DNA of 64,000 bases. It comes from Escherichia coli. Lineage in GTDB: Bacteria; Pseudomonadota; Gammaproteobacteria; Enterobacterales; Enterobacteriaceae. How positions within the stretch are numbered: the first letter of the stretch is position 1; every line of letters starts with the position of its first letter. The notes beneath the pieces were generated by a model. It saw only the letters and a program-made list of their open reading frames with translations, was not told the origin of the DNA and did not search any database. Positions 11,367-25,032 of this stretch are shown piece after piece. Both the position numbers and the translations under genes were made by a program. Location: NCBI RefSeq assembly GCF_003334305.1, contig NZ_QOWS01000011.1; one strand, written 5' to 3'.

Positions 11367-12482
11367 TTAGAACTGGTAGACGATACCAACTGCAAACTGG
11401 TCATCAGCTGCTGCGCCAGTAATGGCGGCGTCATCTTTATCCAGCATGTTGAATTTGTATGCAGTATAAACGTTCATGTTCTTATTAAAGTAGTACCAGG
11501 TACCAACTTCAATGTAGTTCACACGGTCAGCGTCAACATATCTATGTCCAGGTACCCCTTTGATATCTTTACCTTTAGAGTACACATAACCTAAGGACGG
11601 ACGCAGACCAAAGTCGAATTGATACTGAACAACCGCTTCAAAGTTCTGGGTTTCATTGATAAGTTGATCACGCATTATTGTATTGCCTTCTCGATCGGCA
11701 ACACCTGTATCAATAGAACCCGGAGTCATATTACGAGTTTCGCCGTACATTACAGCTGCGTAGACATTGTTCGCGTCATACTTTGCAGCCAATGACCACA
11801 GTTCAGCATTTGAACCGTTTCCATCGGCAACTTGATCGTTGGTGCGATCAGATTTGCTATATGCACCAACGATACCAAAACCATTGATGTTATAGTCTAC
11901 AGACAACGCATAGCCGTCACCATTTTGTTTCTTAGTGCTACGGTTGCTGTTTTTGCCTTGGTACTGAATCGCAAAATCAAGACCATCAACCAGGCCAAAG
12001 AAATCATAGTTACGGTAGGTTGCAACACCGTTGGTACGACCATTCATGAAGTTGTCAGCGGAAGCCCAGGAATCGCCACCCCATTCAACTAACATATCGG
12101 TATAAGCTGCGGCATCATAAGCAACACCGTAGTTACGGCCATAGTCAAATGATCCTAACTCGTTATATTTCAAACCGGCGAAGGTTAAACGGGTTTTTTC
12201 CTGGTTTTCACCTTCGGGCTTGCTGGCGTCGAGGTTGTATTCAAACTGACCAAAACCAGTCAGTTCGCTGGTGATTTGGGTTTCACCTTTAACACCGAAA
12301 CGAGCATAGGAGGTATCTTCGTTTTCGCTGTTATTATCATCAGTATTTGACCAGATGCGTTCGCCAACCATCTTGCCGTAGAAATCAACTTTATTGCCAT
12401 CTTTATTATAAATTTCAGCCGCATTTGCTGCGCCAGCAACTAATAACGCCGGGACCAGCATTGCCAGAACTTTTCTTTTCAT
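11367..12482 (-). CDS. yedS: Intact OmpC/OmpF-family outer-membrane porin at the yedS position
   Basis: 371-aa frame from [21 protein letters not shown] (signal peptide) to a C-terminal F; classical porin motifs; sits where K-12 has the yedS pseudogene. Confidence 0.85.
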   Translation of the reverse strand: MKRKVLAMLVPALLVAGAANAAEIYNKDGNKVDFYGKMVGERIWSNTDDNNSENEDTSYARFGVKGETQITSELTGFGQFEYNLDASKPEGENQEKTRLTFAGLKYNELGSFDYGRNYGVAYDAAAYTDMLVEWGGDSWASADNFMNGRTNGVATYRNYDFFGLVDGLDFAIQYQGKNSNRSTKKQNGDGYALSVDYNINGFGIVGAYSKSDRTNDQVADGNGSNAELWSLAAKYDANNVYAAVMYGETRNMTPGSIDTGVADREGNTIMRDQLINETQNFEAVVQYQFDFGLRPSLGYVYSKGKDIKGVPGHRYVDADRVNYIEVGTWYYFNKNMNVYTAYKFNMLDKDDAAITGAAADDQFAVGIVYQF

Positions 12483-12796
12483 TATGTATTCCCTTGTGAT
12501 TATAATCTTCATGAATATATCAATAAGTGCCGTTATCCAAAAAAAAGCACATTTGGATACTATTCTATGAAGTTCATTTTATTTTAAGGATTACATGTAA
12601 CAAATGTATTTAAAAGATTTCAAAGTGTTTCTAATATATTTAATATAATTCAGGATTATGAATTCTGAATATAAACATTCATGAAGATTATAAATGTATA
12701 TCAATAAGTTATGAGTTGAACTGAAAGATAGGGAGTATCAATGATCGTTGCGCTAAACGGCTGGTGTGATCACGCGCACATTAATGAAGGCATAAA

Positions 12797-12826
12797 AAAA
12801 AGCCGGCATCATGCCGGCCCAAAAAA
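12797..12826 (-). terminator. Strong intrinsic terminator on the minus strand in the porin-yedR spacer
   Basis: GC-rich hairpin GCCGGCATCATGCCGGC followed by eight U on the minus strand. Confidence 0.7.
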
Positions 12827-12886
12827 TATAAACAAGACGATAAAAGGCTAATAACGGAGGCATCATGACACAGAATAATAAAAAGG
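12797..12886 (-). ncRNA. rseX: Candidate small RNA (about 90 nt) ending at the terminator; position consistent with RseX
   Basis: Possible sigma70 promoter (TTCAAT, 18-nt spacer, TACAAT) about 90 nt upstream of the terminator on the minus strand; RseX placed between yedR and yedS from memory; 5' end not established. Confidence 0.4.
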
Positions 12887-13030
12887 TATAATTGTAATCA
12901 GTGCTAATATATTGATTGAATGAATTAATAAAGCCGATATCAAAGATAAATAAAATCGCTCAAAACGATTTTTCTTGTATTCACTGCCGTTGCGCAAAAA
13001 TTATCTATTTGTTCAAAAAATGATTGAGTC

Positions 13031-13414
13031 TTGACTGGCTCATTCAATGTGGAAAAATGTGATTTTTATCACATAATAGTACTAAGTCTGAATTTTCCGG
13101 GTTATCTCAAAATGGAATACGGTTCGACAAAGATGGAAGAGAGACTCTCTCGCAGCCCTGGTGGCAAACTGGCTTTGTGGGCTTTCTATACATGGTGTGG
13201 CTATTTCGTCTGGGCAATGGCGCGTTACATCTGGGTGATGAGCCGGATCCCCGATGCCCCCGTGTCGGGATTTGAAAGCGATTTAGGCTCTACCGCGGGA
13301 AAGTGGTTAGGGGCACTGGTCGGATTTTTATTTATGGCTCTGGTCGGGGCATTGTTAGGCAGCATTGCCTGGTACACCCGACCTCGTCCCGCACGTAGCA
13401 GACGCTATGAATAA
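13031..13414 (+). CDS. yedR: Small inner-membrane protein YedR (start uncertain; alternatives at 13112 or 13133)
   Basis: ORF with two predicted transmembrane helices; the CRP site lies inside the longest ORF, so the true start may be downstream. Confidence 0.6.
   Translation: MTGSFNVEKCDFYHIIVLSLNFPGYLKMEYGSTKMEERLSRSPGGKLALWAFYTWCGYFVWAMARYIWVMSRIPDAPVSGFESDLGSTAGKWLGALVGFLFMALVGALLGSIAWYTRPRPARSRRYE
13058..13073. promoter_or_regulatory. Consensus CRP site (TGTGA-N6-TCACA)
   Basis: TGTGATTTTTATCACA, perfect match to both CRP half-sites. Confidence 0.6.
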
Positions 13415-13453
13415 AAACTGCTAAGGTGGCGACTCTTTGGCAACGGAGCGCGT

Positions 13454-14149
13454 ATGGACTTACAACACTGGCAGGCAGAGTTCGAAAACTGGTTGAAAAA
13501 CCATCATCAGCACCAGGACGCGGCCCATGACGTGTGTCATTTTCGCCGCGTCTGGGCTACGGCACAGAAGCTGGCGGCAGATGATGACGTCGATATGCTG
13601 GTGATTTTAACCGCCTGTTATTTTCACGATATTGTGAGCCTGGCGAAAAATCATCCGCAACGGCAGCGTTCTTCAATCCTGGCGGCAGAAGAGACGCGTC
13701 GCCTGCTCCGTGAAGAGTTCGTGCAATTTCCGGCGGAGAAAATTGAGGCCGTTTGTCATGCCATTGCCGCTCACAGTTTCAGCGCGCAAATCGCCCCCTT
13801 AACAACGGAAGCTAAAATCGTCCAGGATGCGGATCGGCTGGAAGCCCTGGGGGCGATTGGCCTGGCGCGCGTGTTTGCCGTTTCAGGGGCATTGGGCGTG
13901 GCGCTGTTTGATGGCGAAGATCCGTTCGCACAGCATCGCCCGCTTGATGATAAACGCTACGCGCTGGATCATTTCCAGACAAAGTTACTGAAATTACCGC
14001 AAACCATGCAAACCGCAAGAGGCAAGCAGCTGGCGCAGCACAACGCGCAATTTTTAGTCGAGTTTATGGCGAAGCTCAGTGCCGAACTGGCGGGGGAGAA
14101 TGAAGGTGTCGATCACAAGGTGATAGATGCGTTTTCACCCGCGGGCTGA
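13454..14149 (+). CDS. yedJ: HD-domain phosphohydrolase YedJ
   Basis: 231-aa ORF with HD motif (CYFHDIV). Confidence 0.9.
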   Translation: MDLQHWQAEFENWLKNHHQHQDAAHDVCHFRRVWATAQKLAADDDVDMLVILTACYFHDIVSLAKNHPQRQRSSILAAEETRRLLREEFVQFPAEKIEAVCHAIAAHSFSAQIAPLTTEAKIVQDADRLEALGAIGLARVFAVSGALGVALFDGEDPFAQHRPLDDKRYALDHFQTKLLKLPQTMQTARGKQLAQHNAQFLVEFMAKLSAELAGENEGVDHKVIDAFSPAG

Positions 14150-14215
14150 GCGCGTGGCCCTAAATGGCTGTAATTATGTTAACCTGTCGGCCATCTCAGA
14201 TGGCCGGTTAAATCT

Positions 14216-15634
14216 ATGCAGGAAAATATATCAGTAACCGATTCATACAGCACCGGGAATGCCGTTCAGGCAATGCTGGAGAAACTGCTGCAAATTTATG
14301 ATGTTAAAACGCTGGTGGCGCAGCTTAATGGTGTGGGTGAGAATCACTGGAGCGCGGCAATTTTAAAACGTGCACTGGCGAATGACTCGGCATGGCACCG
14401 TTTAAGTGAGAAAGAGTTCGCCCATCTGCAAACGTTGTTACCCAAACCACCGGCACATCATCCGCATTATGCGTTTCGCTTTATCGATCTATTTGCCGGA
14501 ATTGGCGGCATCCGTCGCGGTTTTGAATCGATTGGTGGACAGTGCGTGTTTACCAGCGAATGGAACAAACATGCGGTACGCACTTATAAAGCCAATCATT
14601 ATTGCGACCCGGCGACGCATCATTTTAATGAAGATATCCGCGACATCACCCTCAGCCATCAAGAAGGCGTGAGTGATGAGGCGGCGGCGGAACATATTCG
14701 TCAACACATTCCTGAACACGATGTATTACTGGCCGGTTTTCCTTGTCAGCCATTTTCGCTGGCTGGCGTATCGAAAAAGAACTCGCTCGGGCGGGCGCAC
14801 GGTTTTGCCTGCGATACCCAGGGCACGCTGTTCTTTGATGTGGTGCGCATTATCGACGCGCGTCGTCCGGCGATGTTTGTGCTCGAAAACGTCAAAAACC
14901 TGAAAAGTCACGACCAGGGTAAAACGTTCCGCATCATCATGCAGACGCTGGACGAACTGGGCTATGACGTGGCTGATGCAGAAGATAACGGGCCGGACGA
15001 TCCGAAAATCATCGATGGCAAACATTTCCTGCCGCAGCACCGTGAACGCATCGTGCTGGTGGGTTTTCGTCGCGATCTGAATCTGAAAGCCGATTTTACC
15101 CTGCGTGATATCAGTGAATGTTTCCCTGCGCAGCGAGTGACGCTGGCCCAGCTGCTGGACCCGATGGTCGAGGCGAAATATATCCTGACGCCGGTGCTGT
15201 GGAAGTACCTCTATCGTTATGCGAAAAAACATCAGGCGCGCGGTAATGGCTTCGGTTATGGAATGGTTTATCCGAACAATCCGCAAAGCGTCACGCGTAC
15301 GCTGTCTGCGCGTTATTACAAAGATGGCGCGGAAATTTTAATCGATCGCGGCTGGGATATGGCCACGGGTGAAAAAGACTTTGACGATCCGCTGAATCAG
15401 CAACATCGTCCACGTCGGTTAACGCCTCGGGAATGCGCGCGCTTAATGGGTTTTGAAGCGCCGGGAGAAGCGAAATTCCGCATTCCGGTTTCGGACACTC
15501 AGGCTTATCGCCAGTTCGGTAACTCGGTGGTCGTGCCGGTCTTTGCCGCGGTGGCAAAACTGCTTGAGCCAAAAATCAAACAGGCGGTGGCGTTGCGTCA
15601 GCAAGAGGCACAACATGGTCGACGTTCACGATAA
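14216..15634 (+). CDS. dcm: DNA cytosine-5 methyltransferase Dcm (CCWGG)
   Basis: 472-aa ORF with m5C-MTase motifs (FAGIGG, PCQPFS, ENV). Confidence 0.95.
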   Translation: MQENISVTDSYSTGNAVQAMLEKLLQIYDVKTLVAQLNGVGENHWSAAILKRALANDSAWHRLSEKEFAHLQTLLPKPPAHHPHYAFRFIDLFAGIGGIRRGFESIGGQCVFTSEWNKHAVRTYKANHYCDPATHHFNEDIRDITLSHQEGVSDEAAAEHIRQHIPEHDVLLAGFPCQPFSLAGVSKKNSLGRAHGFACDTQGTLFFDVVRIIDARRPAMFVLENVKNLKSHDQGKTFRIIMQTLDELGYDVADAEDNGPDDPKIIDGKHFLPQHRERIVLVGFRRDLNLKADFTLRDISECFPAQRVTLAQLLDPMVEAKYILTPVLWKYLYRYAKKHQARGNGFGYGMVYPNNPQSVTRTLSARYYKDGAEILIDRGWDMATGEKDFDDPLNQQHRPRRLTPRECARLMGFEAPGEAKFRIPVSDTQAYRQFGNSVVVPVFAAVAKLLEPKIKQAVALRQQEAQHGRRSR

Positions 15635-16085
15635 GGCCACCCGCAGCAAAAATATGCGCGCGATTGCCACGCGTGATACGGCGATTGAGAAGCGCCTCGC
15701 CAGTTTGTTAACTGGGCAGGGCCTTGCGTTTCGCGTTCAGGACGCCAGTCTGCCCGGACGCCCGGATTTTGCCGTTGATGAATATCGCTGCGTGATATTT
15801 ACCCATGGCTGCTTCTGGCATCATCATCACTGCTATCTGTTTAAAGTGCCTGCGACTCGAACCGAGTTCTGGCTGGAGAAGATAGGTAAAAATGTTGAGC
15901 GCGATCGCCGCGATATCAGTCGCTTGCAGGAACTCGGCTGGCGCGTATTGATTGTCTGGGAGTGCGCGTTACGTGGGCGCGAGAAGCTGACGGATGAAGC
16001 GCTTACCGAGCGTCTGGAAGAGTGGATCTGCGGCGAAGGTGCCAGCGCGCAGATCGACACGCAGGGGATACATTTACTCGCTTGA
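15615..16085 (+). CDS. vsr: Very-short-patch repair endonuclease Vsr
   Basis: 156-aa frame starting [17 protein letters not shown]; overlaps the dcm 3' end by 20 nt in another frame. Confidence 0.9.
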   Translation: MVDVHDKATRSKNMRAIATRDTAIEKRLASLLTGQGLAFRVQDASLPGRPDFAVDEYRCVIFTHGCFWHHHHCYLFKVPATRTEFWLEKIGKNVERDRRDISRLQELGWRVLIVWECALRGREKLTDEALTERLEEWICGEGASAQIDTQGIHLLA

Positions 16086-16994
16086 TGCGTCCTGAATAAC
16101 TGGCGCAACTACGGGTTTTGCCGGAAAGAGATATTTTCCCAACGTGACCAGTACCACCGCGAAGACAATTACGCCGAGCGCCAGCCATTCAATCTTCGAC
16201 AACGTCTCTCCGCCCAGTCCCGTACCCAGCAAGACCGCGACCACCGGGTTAACGTAAGCGTAGCTGGTGGCGAGAGCCGGACTGACATTACGGATTAAAT
16301 ACATATAAGCGTTGATGGCGATAATCGAACCAAACAGCGCCAGATAGCCGACCGCAAGGAAGCCTGAAAGGGAAGGAAGCGCCGTCAGTTTTTCACCCGC
16401 AATCATCGACGCGATCATTAACACCACGCCTGCCGCCAGCATCTCAATCGCACCCGCCATCATCCCTACAGGTAAGGTAATGCGCGAGCCATAAACTGAG
16501 CCAAACGCCCAGCTAATCGAGCCGATTAAAATCAGAATCGCGCCCCATGGATTGCCGCTTAAGTTTCCACCGCTATTGAGCATGATGATTCCGGCAAGCC
16601 CAATGGCGATACCCACCCATTCCAGTTTGCGCGTTTTAATGCCAAACAGGCGGCTGAAGCACAGGGTAAAAAGGGGCACGGTTGCAACCACTACGGCGGC
16701 GATGCCGGAAGGAACATTTTGATGTTCGGCAACCGTCACCATGCCATTACCGACAGCCAGCAATAACAGGCCAATCAGCGCGGCATTGAGCAGCGGACGT
16801 GGCGGGGGAAGTTTGTGTCCGCGCAGTAGCAAAAATGCCAGCAATAAAATACCGGCTGCCAGGAATCGAACGCCCGCCATCATTAACGGAGGCCAGCTTT
16901 CCACGCCAATCCGAATGACAAAATAGGTTGAGCCCCAAATGATATACAACGCAAACAGCGCGCCAAAAAGCGGTAACAACTGGCGGAAACGCAT
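16074..16994 (-). CDS. yedA: EamA/DMT-family transporter YedA
   Basis: 306-aa polytopic membrane ORF; its 3' end overlaps vsr convergently. Confidence 0.9.
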   Translation of the reverse strand: MRFRQLLPLFGALFALYIIWGSTYFVIRIGVESWPPLMMAGVRFLAAGILLLAFLLLRGHKLPPPRPLLNAALIGLLLLAVGNGMVTVAEHQNVPSGIAAVVVATVPLFTLCFSRLFGIKTRKLEWVGIAIGLAGIIMLNSGGNLSGNPWGAILILIGSISWAFGSVYGSRITLPVGMMAGAIEMLAAGVVLMIASMIAGEKLTALPSLSGFLAVGYLALFGSIIAINAYMYLIRNVSPALATSYAYVNPVVAVLLGTGLGGETLSKIEWLALGVIVFAVVLVTLGKYLFPAKPVVAPVIQDASSE

Positions 16995-17166
16995 AATCCC
17001 TCACGGTGGAAATAAAAAGGTGGTTCATAGTAAACGTGAAAATCATTCTGCTGGCGAGAGATATAATTGCACTTGATTGTTAAAAAAATGTTGACCTGTG
17101 AAGCAAGTATCAGAGCTGCCGTTTTTGCTTCATACTTACACCCTTCAACAATAAAAATGAGAGGGA

Positions 17167-18084
17167 ATGCTTTTGGCCGGGAGTAGTTTACTGACGTTGC
17201 TCGATGATATCGCCACACTGCTGGACGATATCTCCGTGATGGGCAAACTGGCGGCGAAGAAAACCGCCGGTGTATTAGGGGATGATTTATCGCTCAATGC
17301 GCAACAAGTTTCAGGCGTGCGGGCCAACCGGGAACTTCCCGTGGTCTGGGGCGTGGCGAAAGGATCGCTGATCAATAAAGTGATTCTGGTGCCGCTGGCG
17401 CTGATCATCAGTGCGTTTATCCCGTGGGCGATTACGCCACTGTTGATGATTGGCGGCGCGTTTCTCTGCTTTGAAGGGGTAGAGAAAGTGCTGCATATGC
17501 TGGAGGCGCGTAAACATAAAGAAGATCCGGCGCAGAGTCAGCAGCGTCTGGAGAAGCTGGCGGCGCAGGATCCGCTGAAGTTTGAAAAAGACAAAATAAA
17601 AGGGGCGATTCGTACCGATTTTATATTGTCTGCGGAAATCGTCGCCATCACGCTGGGGATTGTGGCAGAAGCGCCGTTGCTTAATCAGGTGCTGGTGCTT
17701 TCAGGCATCGCGCTGGTAGTGACCGTGGGCGTCTACGGTCTGGTAGGGGTTATCGTTAAGATTGATGACCTGGGGTATTGGCTGGCGGAAAAATCCAGCG
17801 CGCTGATGCAGGCATTAGGTAAAGGGTTATTGATCATTGCGCCCTGGTTGATGAAAGCGTTATCGATTGTCGGCACGCTGGCGATGTTCCTCGTCGGCGG
17901 CGGGATTGTGGTACATGGTATTGCGCCGTTGCATCACGCCATTGAACATTTCGCCGGGCAGCAAAGTGCAGTGGTGGCGATGATATTACCGACTGTTTTA
18001 AATCTGATTCTTGGATTTATCATCGGCGGCATCGTGGTGCTGGGAGTGAAAGCCGTAGCGAAAATGCGCGGTCAGGCACATTAA
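17167..18084 (+). CDS. yedI: DUF808 inner-membrane protein YedI
   Basis: 305-aa ORF matching remembered YedI. Confidence 0.85.
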   Translation: MLLAGSSLLTLLDDIATLLDDISVMGKLAAKKTAGVLGDDLSLNAQQVSGVRANRELPVVWGVAKGSLINKVILVPLALIISAFIPWAITPLLMIGGAFLCFEGVEKVLHMLEARKHKEDPAQSQQRLEKLAAQDPLKFEKDKIKGAIRTDFILSAEIVAITLGIVAEAPLLNQVLVLSGIALVVTVGVYGLVGVIVKIDDLGYWLAEKSSALMQALGKGLLIIAPWLMKALSIVGTLAMFLVGGGIVVHGIAPLHHAIEHFAGQQSAVVAMILPTVLNLILGFIIGGIVVLGVKAVAKMRGQAH

Positions 18085-18162
18085 TACTCGCACAGGCTAT
18101 TATGCAAAATTCGCCATCTTCAACTAAGGTGAACAAGTTTCACTCGAAAAAAGGAGGCGAGT

Positions 18163-18345
18163 ATGAGCTTTATGGTTAGTGAGGAAGTTACGGTTAAAGA
18201 GGGCGGCCCGCGGATGATTGTCACTGGATACTCCAGCGGTATGGTTGAGTGTCGTTGGTATGACGGGTACGGGGTCAAGCGGGAAGCTTTTCATGAAACC
18301 GAGCTTGTTCCGGGGGAGGGGAGTCGTTCTGCGGAAGAAGTTTGA
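18163..18345 (+). CDS. yodC: Small protein YodC
   Basis: 60-aa ORF matching remembered YodC. Confidence 0.8.
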   Translation: MSFMVSEEVTVKEGGPRMIVTGYSSGMVECRWYDGYGVKREAFHETELVPGEGSRSAEEV

Positions 18346-18515
18346 AAGGGTATCATTAACACCAGGCCGGATCACATCCGGCCTGGTGTGCCAATGCCTG
18401 CAATGAATGATAGTCGCGTCTTATCATGCCACCATTATAAAATTATCGCTGTTTTGCGGTACGTTATCGCCGGGTTATGCCAGAATCATAAAAAAGCAGG
18501 TTGGGAGTCGTCAGG

Positions 18516-21040
<2,525 letters not shown>

Positions 21041-21219
21041 TTACCAGGATGATTCTCAAAACAGCACAAATTATCAAAGATGATTTTTTCGGGAGCGATC
21101 CCGTTGACGCCAGAGCCACCAAGGGGTGACGCGCGTCACATTTCTATTCATAAGTAGCGTTAATCATTCATATCACGAATATTTTCTTGTCAGCGAAAAA
21201 AATTGCGGATAAGGTGATG

Positions 21220-21306
21220 AACACATCAGATTTCCTGGTGTAACGAATTTTTTAAGTGCTTCTTGCTTAAGCAAGTTTCATCCCGACCCCCTCAGGGTCG
21301 GGATTT
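21220..21306 (+). ncRNA. dsrA: DsrA small regulatory RNA
   Basis: 87-nt match to remembered DsrA, including the terminal CCCGACCCCCTCAGGGTCGGG hairpin and U-tract. Confidence 0.95.
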
Positions 21307-21319
21307 TTTTATTGTGCAT

Positions 21320-21547
21320 TCAACGATTCACTTCAGAGACGCTGAAGTCATGAATATCCAGTTCGAAGGCATCCGCCAATTCACGCCATGTATGATATTC
21401 ACGTCCATCGACGCTAACGTGTTCAGAATCGTTCTGGCTGCGATGAACTTCGCTCTCGCTAATTTCATTGATCGCCGCCAGCAGGGCATCGACATCGACG
21501 CTGACCTCACGTTTTGCGGTATCGCTGTACTCTTTTGCGGTTTTCAT
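21320..21547 (-). CDS. yodD: Stress-induced small protein YodD
   Basis: 75-aa frame starting MKTAKEYSDTAKRE. Confidence 0.85.
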   Translation of the reverse strand: MKTAKEYSDTAKREVSVDVDALLAAINEISESEVHRSQNDSEHVSVDGREYHTWRELADAFELDIHDFSVSEVNR

Positions 21548-21619
21548 CATCTTTCCTCGCAACCGTTACTCTGTTGTTGCCGCCAGTCGTTAAGTCCGCC
21601 TGGCATCTCTTAAGTATAG

Positions 21620-21898
<279 letters not shown>

Positions 21899-21941
21899 TC
21901 TAATTCAGCCTGACTGGTGGGAAACCACCAGTCAGAATGTG

Positions 21942-22565
21942 TTAGCGCATGTTGACAAAAATACCATTAGTCACATTATCCGTCAGTCGGACGACATGGT
22001 AGATAACCTGTTTATTATGCGTTTTGATCTTACGTTTAATATTACCTTTATGCGATGAAACGGTCTTGGCTTTGATATTCATTTGGTCAGAGATTTGAAT
22101 GGTTCCCTGACCTGCCATCCACATTCGCAACATACTCGATTCGGTTCGGCTCAATGATAACGTCGGCATATTTAAAAACGAGGTTATCGTTGTCTCTTTT
22201 TTCAGAATATCGCCAAGGATATCGTCGAGAGATTCCGGTTTAATCGATTTAGAACTGATCAATAAATTTTTTCTGACCAATAGATATTCATCAAAATGAA
22301 CATTGGCAATTGCCATAAAAACGATAAATAACGTATTGGGATGTTGATTAATGATGAGCTTGATACGCTGACTGTTAGAAGCATCGTGGATGAAACAGTC
22401 CTCATTAATAAACACCACTGAAGGGCGCTGTGAATCACAAGCTATGGCAAGGTCATCAACGGTTTCAATGTCGTTGATTTCTCTTTTTTTAACCCCTCTA
22501 CTCAACAGATACCCGGTTAAACCTAGTCGGGTGTAACTACATAAATCCATAATAATCGTTGACAT
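21942..22565 (-). CDS. rcsA: Capsule-synthesis co-activator RcsA (LuxR family)
   Basis: 207-aa ORF with C-terminal LuxR-type helix-turn-helix. Confidence 0.95.
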
Positions 22566-22854
22566 GGCATACCCTCACTCAATGCGTAACGATAATTCCC
22601 CTTACCTGAATATTTCATCATGACTAAACGGAACAACATGGGTCACCTAATGCGCCACTCTCGCAATTTTTCAGGCGGACTTACTATCCCGTAAAGTGTT
22701 GTATAATTTGCCTGGAATTGTCTTAAAGTAAAGTAAATGTTGCGATATGTGAGTGAGCTTAAAACAAATATTTCGCCGCAGGAGTATCCTGGAAGATGTT
22801 CGTAGGTATTATTTTTCGGATAATCCTTAGGATAACATGATAAACGTTACGGAA

Positions 22855-23640
22855 TTATATTAATGGCAATTCACTAATAATATCAGCCAGCAAATTAAAC
22901 ATCTCACTGAATAAATGTTCGCAAAAAGGCGCAATTAACGGCATTAATGCCGCCATTAAAGAGATGCCGACAGTCAGAGTTAATGGAAATCCAATAACAA
23001 AAATGGATAATTGCGGGGCCATACGATTAAGTAAGCCTAATACCAGATTCAGGGTCAGCAGCAGAGTAATGAGCGGTAATGCCAGCATCAGCCCGTTAAG
23101 GAAAATCAAACTCCCTGCTTTGGTGAGTGCCAGAAACGCATTGCTGTTCAACGGTTCGCCACCAATTGGCAGGGTGTGAAAGGTATCGACCAGCAGTGAA
23201 ATCAACCATAAATGACCGTTAAATGTCAGGAACAGCAGTAACGCCAGCATATCCATGATACGCGCTAAAACGGGCATATTGAGATGGCTGGCCGGATCGA
23301 CAAACGTCGCAAATGACAGCCCCATTTGCAGACCGATAATTTCACCAGCGGTTCGCACAGCGGCAAAGGCAAATTGCATGGTAAAACCAAGCGCAATGCC
23401 GATCAGGATCTGCTGCACGGCCAGCCACAGAGCAAAGAACGAAAAAACAGGAACATCGTTGGCAGGTAATGATGGGGCAATAGCGAACGTGATCATCATT
23501 GCCAGACCCAGTTTTACCCGTTTCGGCACGCTGCGTTCGCTCAGAATTGGTGCGGTAGAAATGAGCGCCAGCACGCGCAGTAACGGCCAGAAGTACAGGC
23601 TTAACCAGGAAAGCCATTGATCGCTTGTTACCTGCATCAT
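22855..23640 (-). CDS. fliR: Flagellar export apparatus protein FliR
   Basis: 261-aa membrane ORF, last gene of fliLMNOPQR. Confidence 0.95.
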   Translation of the reverse strand: MMQVTSDQWLSWLSLYFWPLLRVLALISTAPILSERSVPKRVKLGLAMMITFAIAPSLPANDVPVFSFFALWLAVQQILIGIALGFTMQFAFAAVRTAGEIIGLQMGLSFATFVDPASHLNMPVLARIMDMLALLLFLTFNGHLWLISLLVDTFHTLPIGGEPLNSNAFLALTKAGSLIFLNGLMLALPLITLLLTLNLVLGLLNRMAPQLSIFVIGFPLTLTVGISLMAALMPLIAPFCEHLFSEMFNLLADIISELPLI

Positions 23641-23648
23641 TGTACGGC

Positions 23649-23918
23649 CTACCCGATGATATACGGCAGGTTAGTGAACAAGGTGCGGACGTAATCCAGC
23701 AACAGATTGAGCATCCACGGTCCGGCAATAATAATGGCGATAAATACGGCGATGATTTTCGGAATAAACGACAGCGTCATTTCGTTGATCTGCGTGGCGG
23801 CCTGCAAAATACTGATGATAAGGCCCGTGACCAGCGCCACCAGCAACAGCGGGGCAGCCAGTGCCAGCGCGACTTTCATCGCTTCAGTCCCCATCATCAT
23901 GACCGATTCAGGTGTCAT
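23649..23918 (-). CDS. fliQ: Flagellar export apparatus protein FliQ
   Basis: 89-aa membrane ORF. Confidence 0.95.
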   Translation of the reverse strand: MTPESVMMMGTEAMKVALALAAPLLLVALVTGLIISILQAATQINEMTLSFIPKIIAVFIAIIIAGPWMLNLLLDYVRTLFTNLPYIIG

Positions 23919-23927
23919 TTTGCCTCT

Positions 23928-24665
23928 CTAGCTGTAAAAGCTCTGCGCCAGCGAACCGACCAGCAATTGCCAGCCATCCACCAGTACAAACAGCATCAGT
24001 TTAAAGGGCAGAGCAATGGTGGCTGGGGGAACCATCATCATCCCCAATGCCATCAACACGCTGGCAATCACCAGGTCGATAATCAAAAAAGGAATGAAAA
24101 TCGTGAAGCCTATCTGAAATGCGGTTTTCAACTCGCTGGTCACGTAGGCCGGGAGCAAAATGCGCATCGGCACAGCTTCAGGTCCCTGCAACGGGCCAGT
24201 ATTCGCCAGTCTGGCAAACAACCCTAAATCCGCCTCACGGGTCTGACGCAGCATAAACTCACGCAGCGGCTGCGCCCCTTTTTCCAGCGCCTCCTGCATT
24301 GATATTTTCTCTTCGCTGAATGGCTGGTACGCATCGACATAAATTTTATCGATCACCGGCGACATAATAAAAAAGGTCAAAAACAGCGCCAGTCCCAGCA
24401 ATACCTGGTTAGGTGGCGCGGAGGGTGTTCCCAACGCGTTACGCAATAAACCAAAAACAATGATGATGCGGGTGAAACTGGTCATCATCAGTAAAATTGC
24501 CGGAATAAACGTCAACGAGGTGATGAACACCAGCGTCTGCACCGGGAGCGACCAGCTTTGTCCACCGCCAGGCAGCGGCTGGCTGGTGATACCCGGTAGT
24601 TGCGCGAAGGCGAGGGGCGTAACCAGCCAGAGAAGGACAGGTGCGACAGACAACAAACGACGCAT
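23928..24665 (-). CDS. fliP: Flagellar export apparatus protein FliP
   Basis: 245-aa ORF with signal peptide and conserved FliP core. Confidence 0.95.
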   Translation of the reverse strand: MRRLLSVAPVLLWLVTPLAFAQLPGITSQPLPGGGQSWSLPVQTLVFITSLTFIPAILLMMTSFTRIIIVFGLLRNALGTPSAPPNQVLLGLALFLTFFIMSPVIDKIYVDAYQPFSEEKISMQEALEKGAQPLREFMLRQTREADLGLFARLANTGPLQGPEAVPMRILLPAYVTSELKTAFQIGFTIFIPFLIIDLVIASVLMALGMMMVPPATIALPFKLMLFVLVDGWQLLVGSLAQSFYS

Positions 24666-25030
24666 CAGGATCTCCCGCTACGCTTAAGCAAGTTTTTCAT
24701 GACCGACTGAAAATCGGTCTGCGGTATCTCTTCCGTTGGTGCTGAAGGGGGAAGTTTATGCAGCAGATTGATTTGCCCTGCGGTAACGCCGAGCACCAGC
24801 CGTGCATCTTCCACATCGACCACCACAACCCGTTCACGCGCGCCCAGCGAAGCACTGGCGCTAATTTTCAGACCGTTAACGCCAGTGCGTTTCGGGGCAA
24901 ATCCCAGCCGTTTTACCAGCCAGGCAGCAGCGAGGATCAGGGCAATAATGGCGATGAGTGCGCCGCTCACCTGCAGCAGTGGCGCAGCAGAAACCGGCGC
25001 GGAAGATTGCACAGTAGCGTGGTTATTCAT
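24665..25030 (-). CDS. fliO: Flagellar protein FliO
   Basis: 121-aa frame with a single transmembrane helix. Confidence 0.9.
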   Translation of the reverse strand: MNNHATVQSSAPVSAAPLLQVSGALIAIIALILAAAWLVKRLGFAPKRTGVNGLKISASASLGARERVVVVDVEDARLVLGVTAGQINLLHKLPPSAPTEEIPQTDFQSVMKNLLKRSGRS

Positions 25031-25032
25031 CA

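Noticed and set aside
14726-15286. 186-aa ORF antisense to dcm
   Set aside because: Embedded in a well-supported methyltransferase gene; no recognisable features
23625-24227. 200-aa ORF antisense to fliP/fliQ
   Set aside because: His/Gln/Arg-rich low-complexity translation opposite conserved genes; no start context
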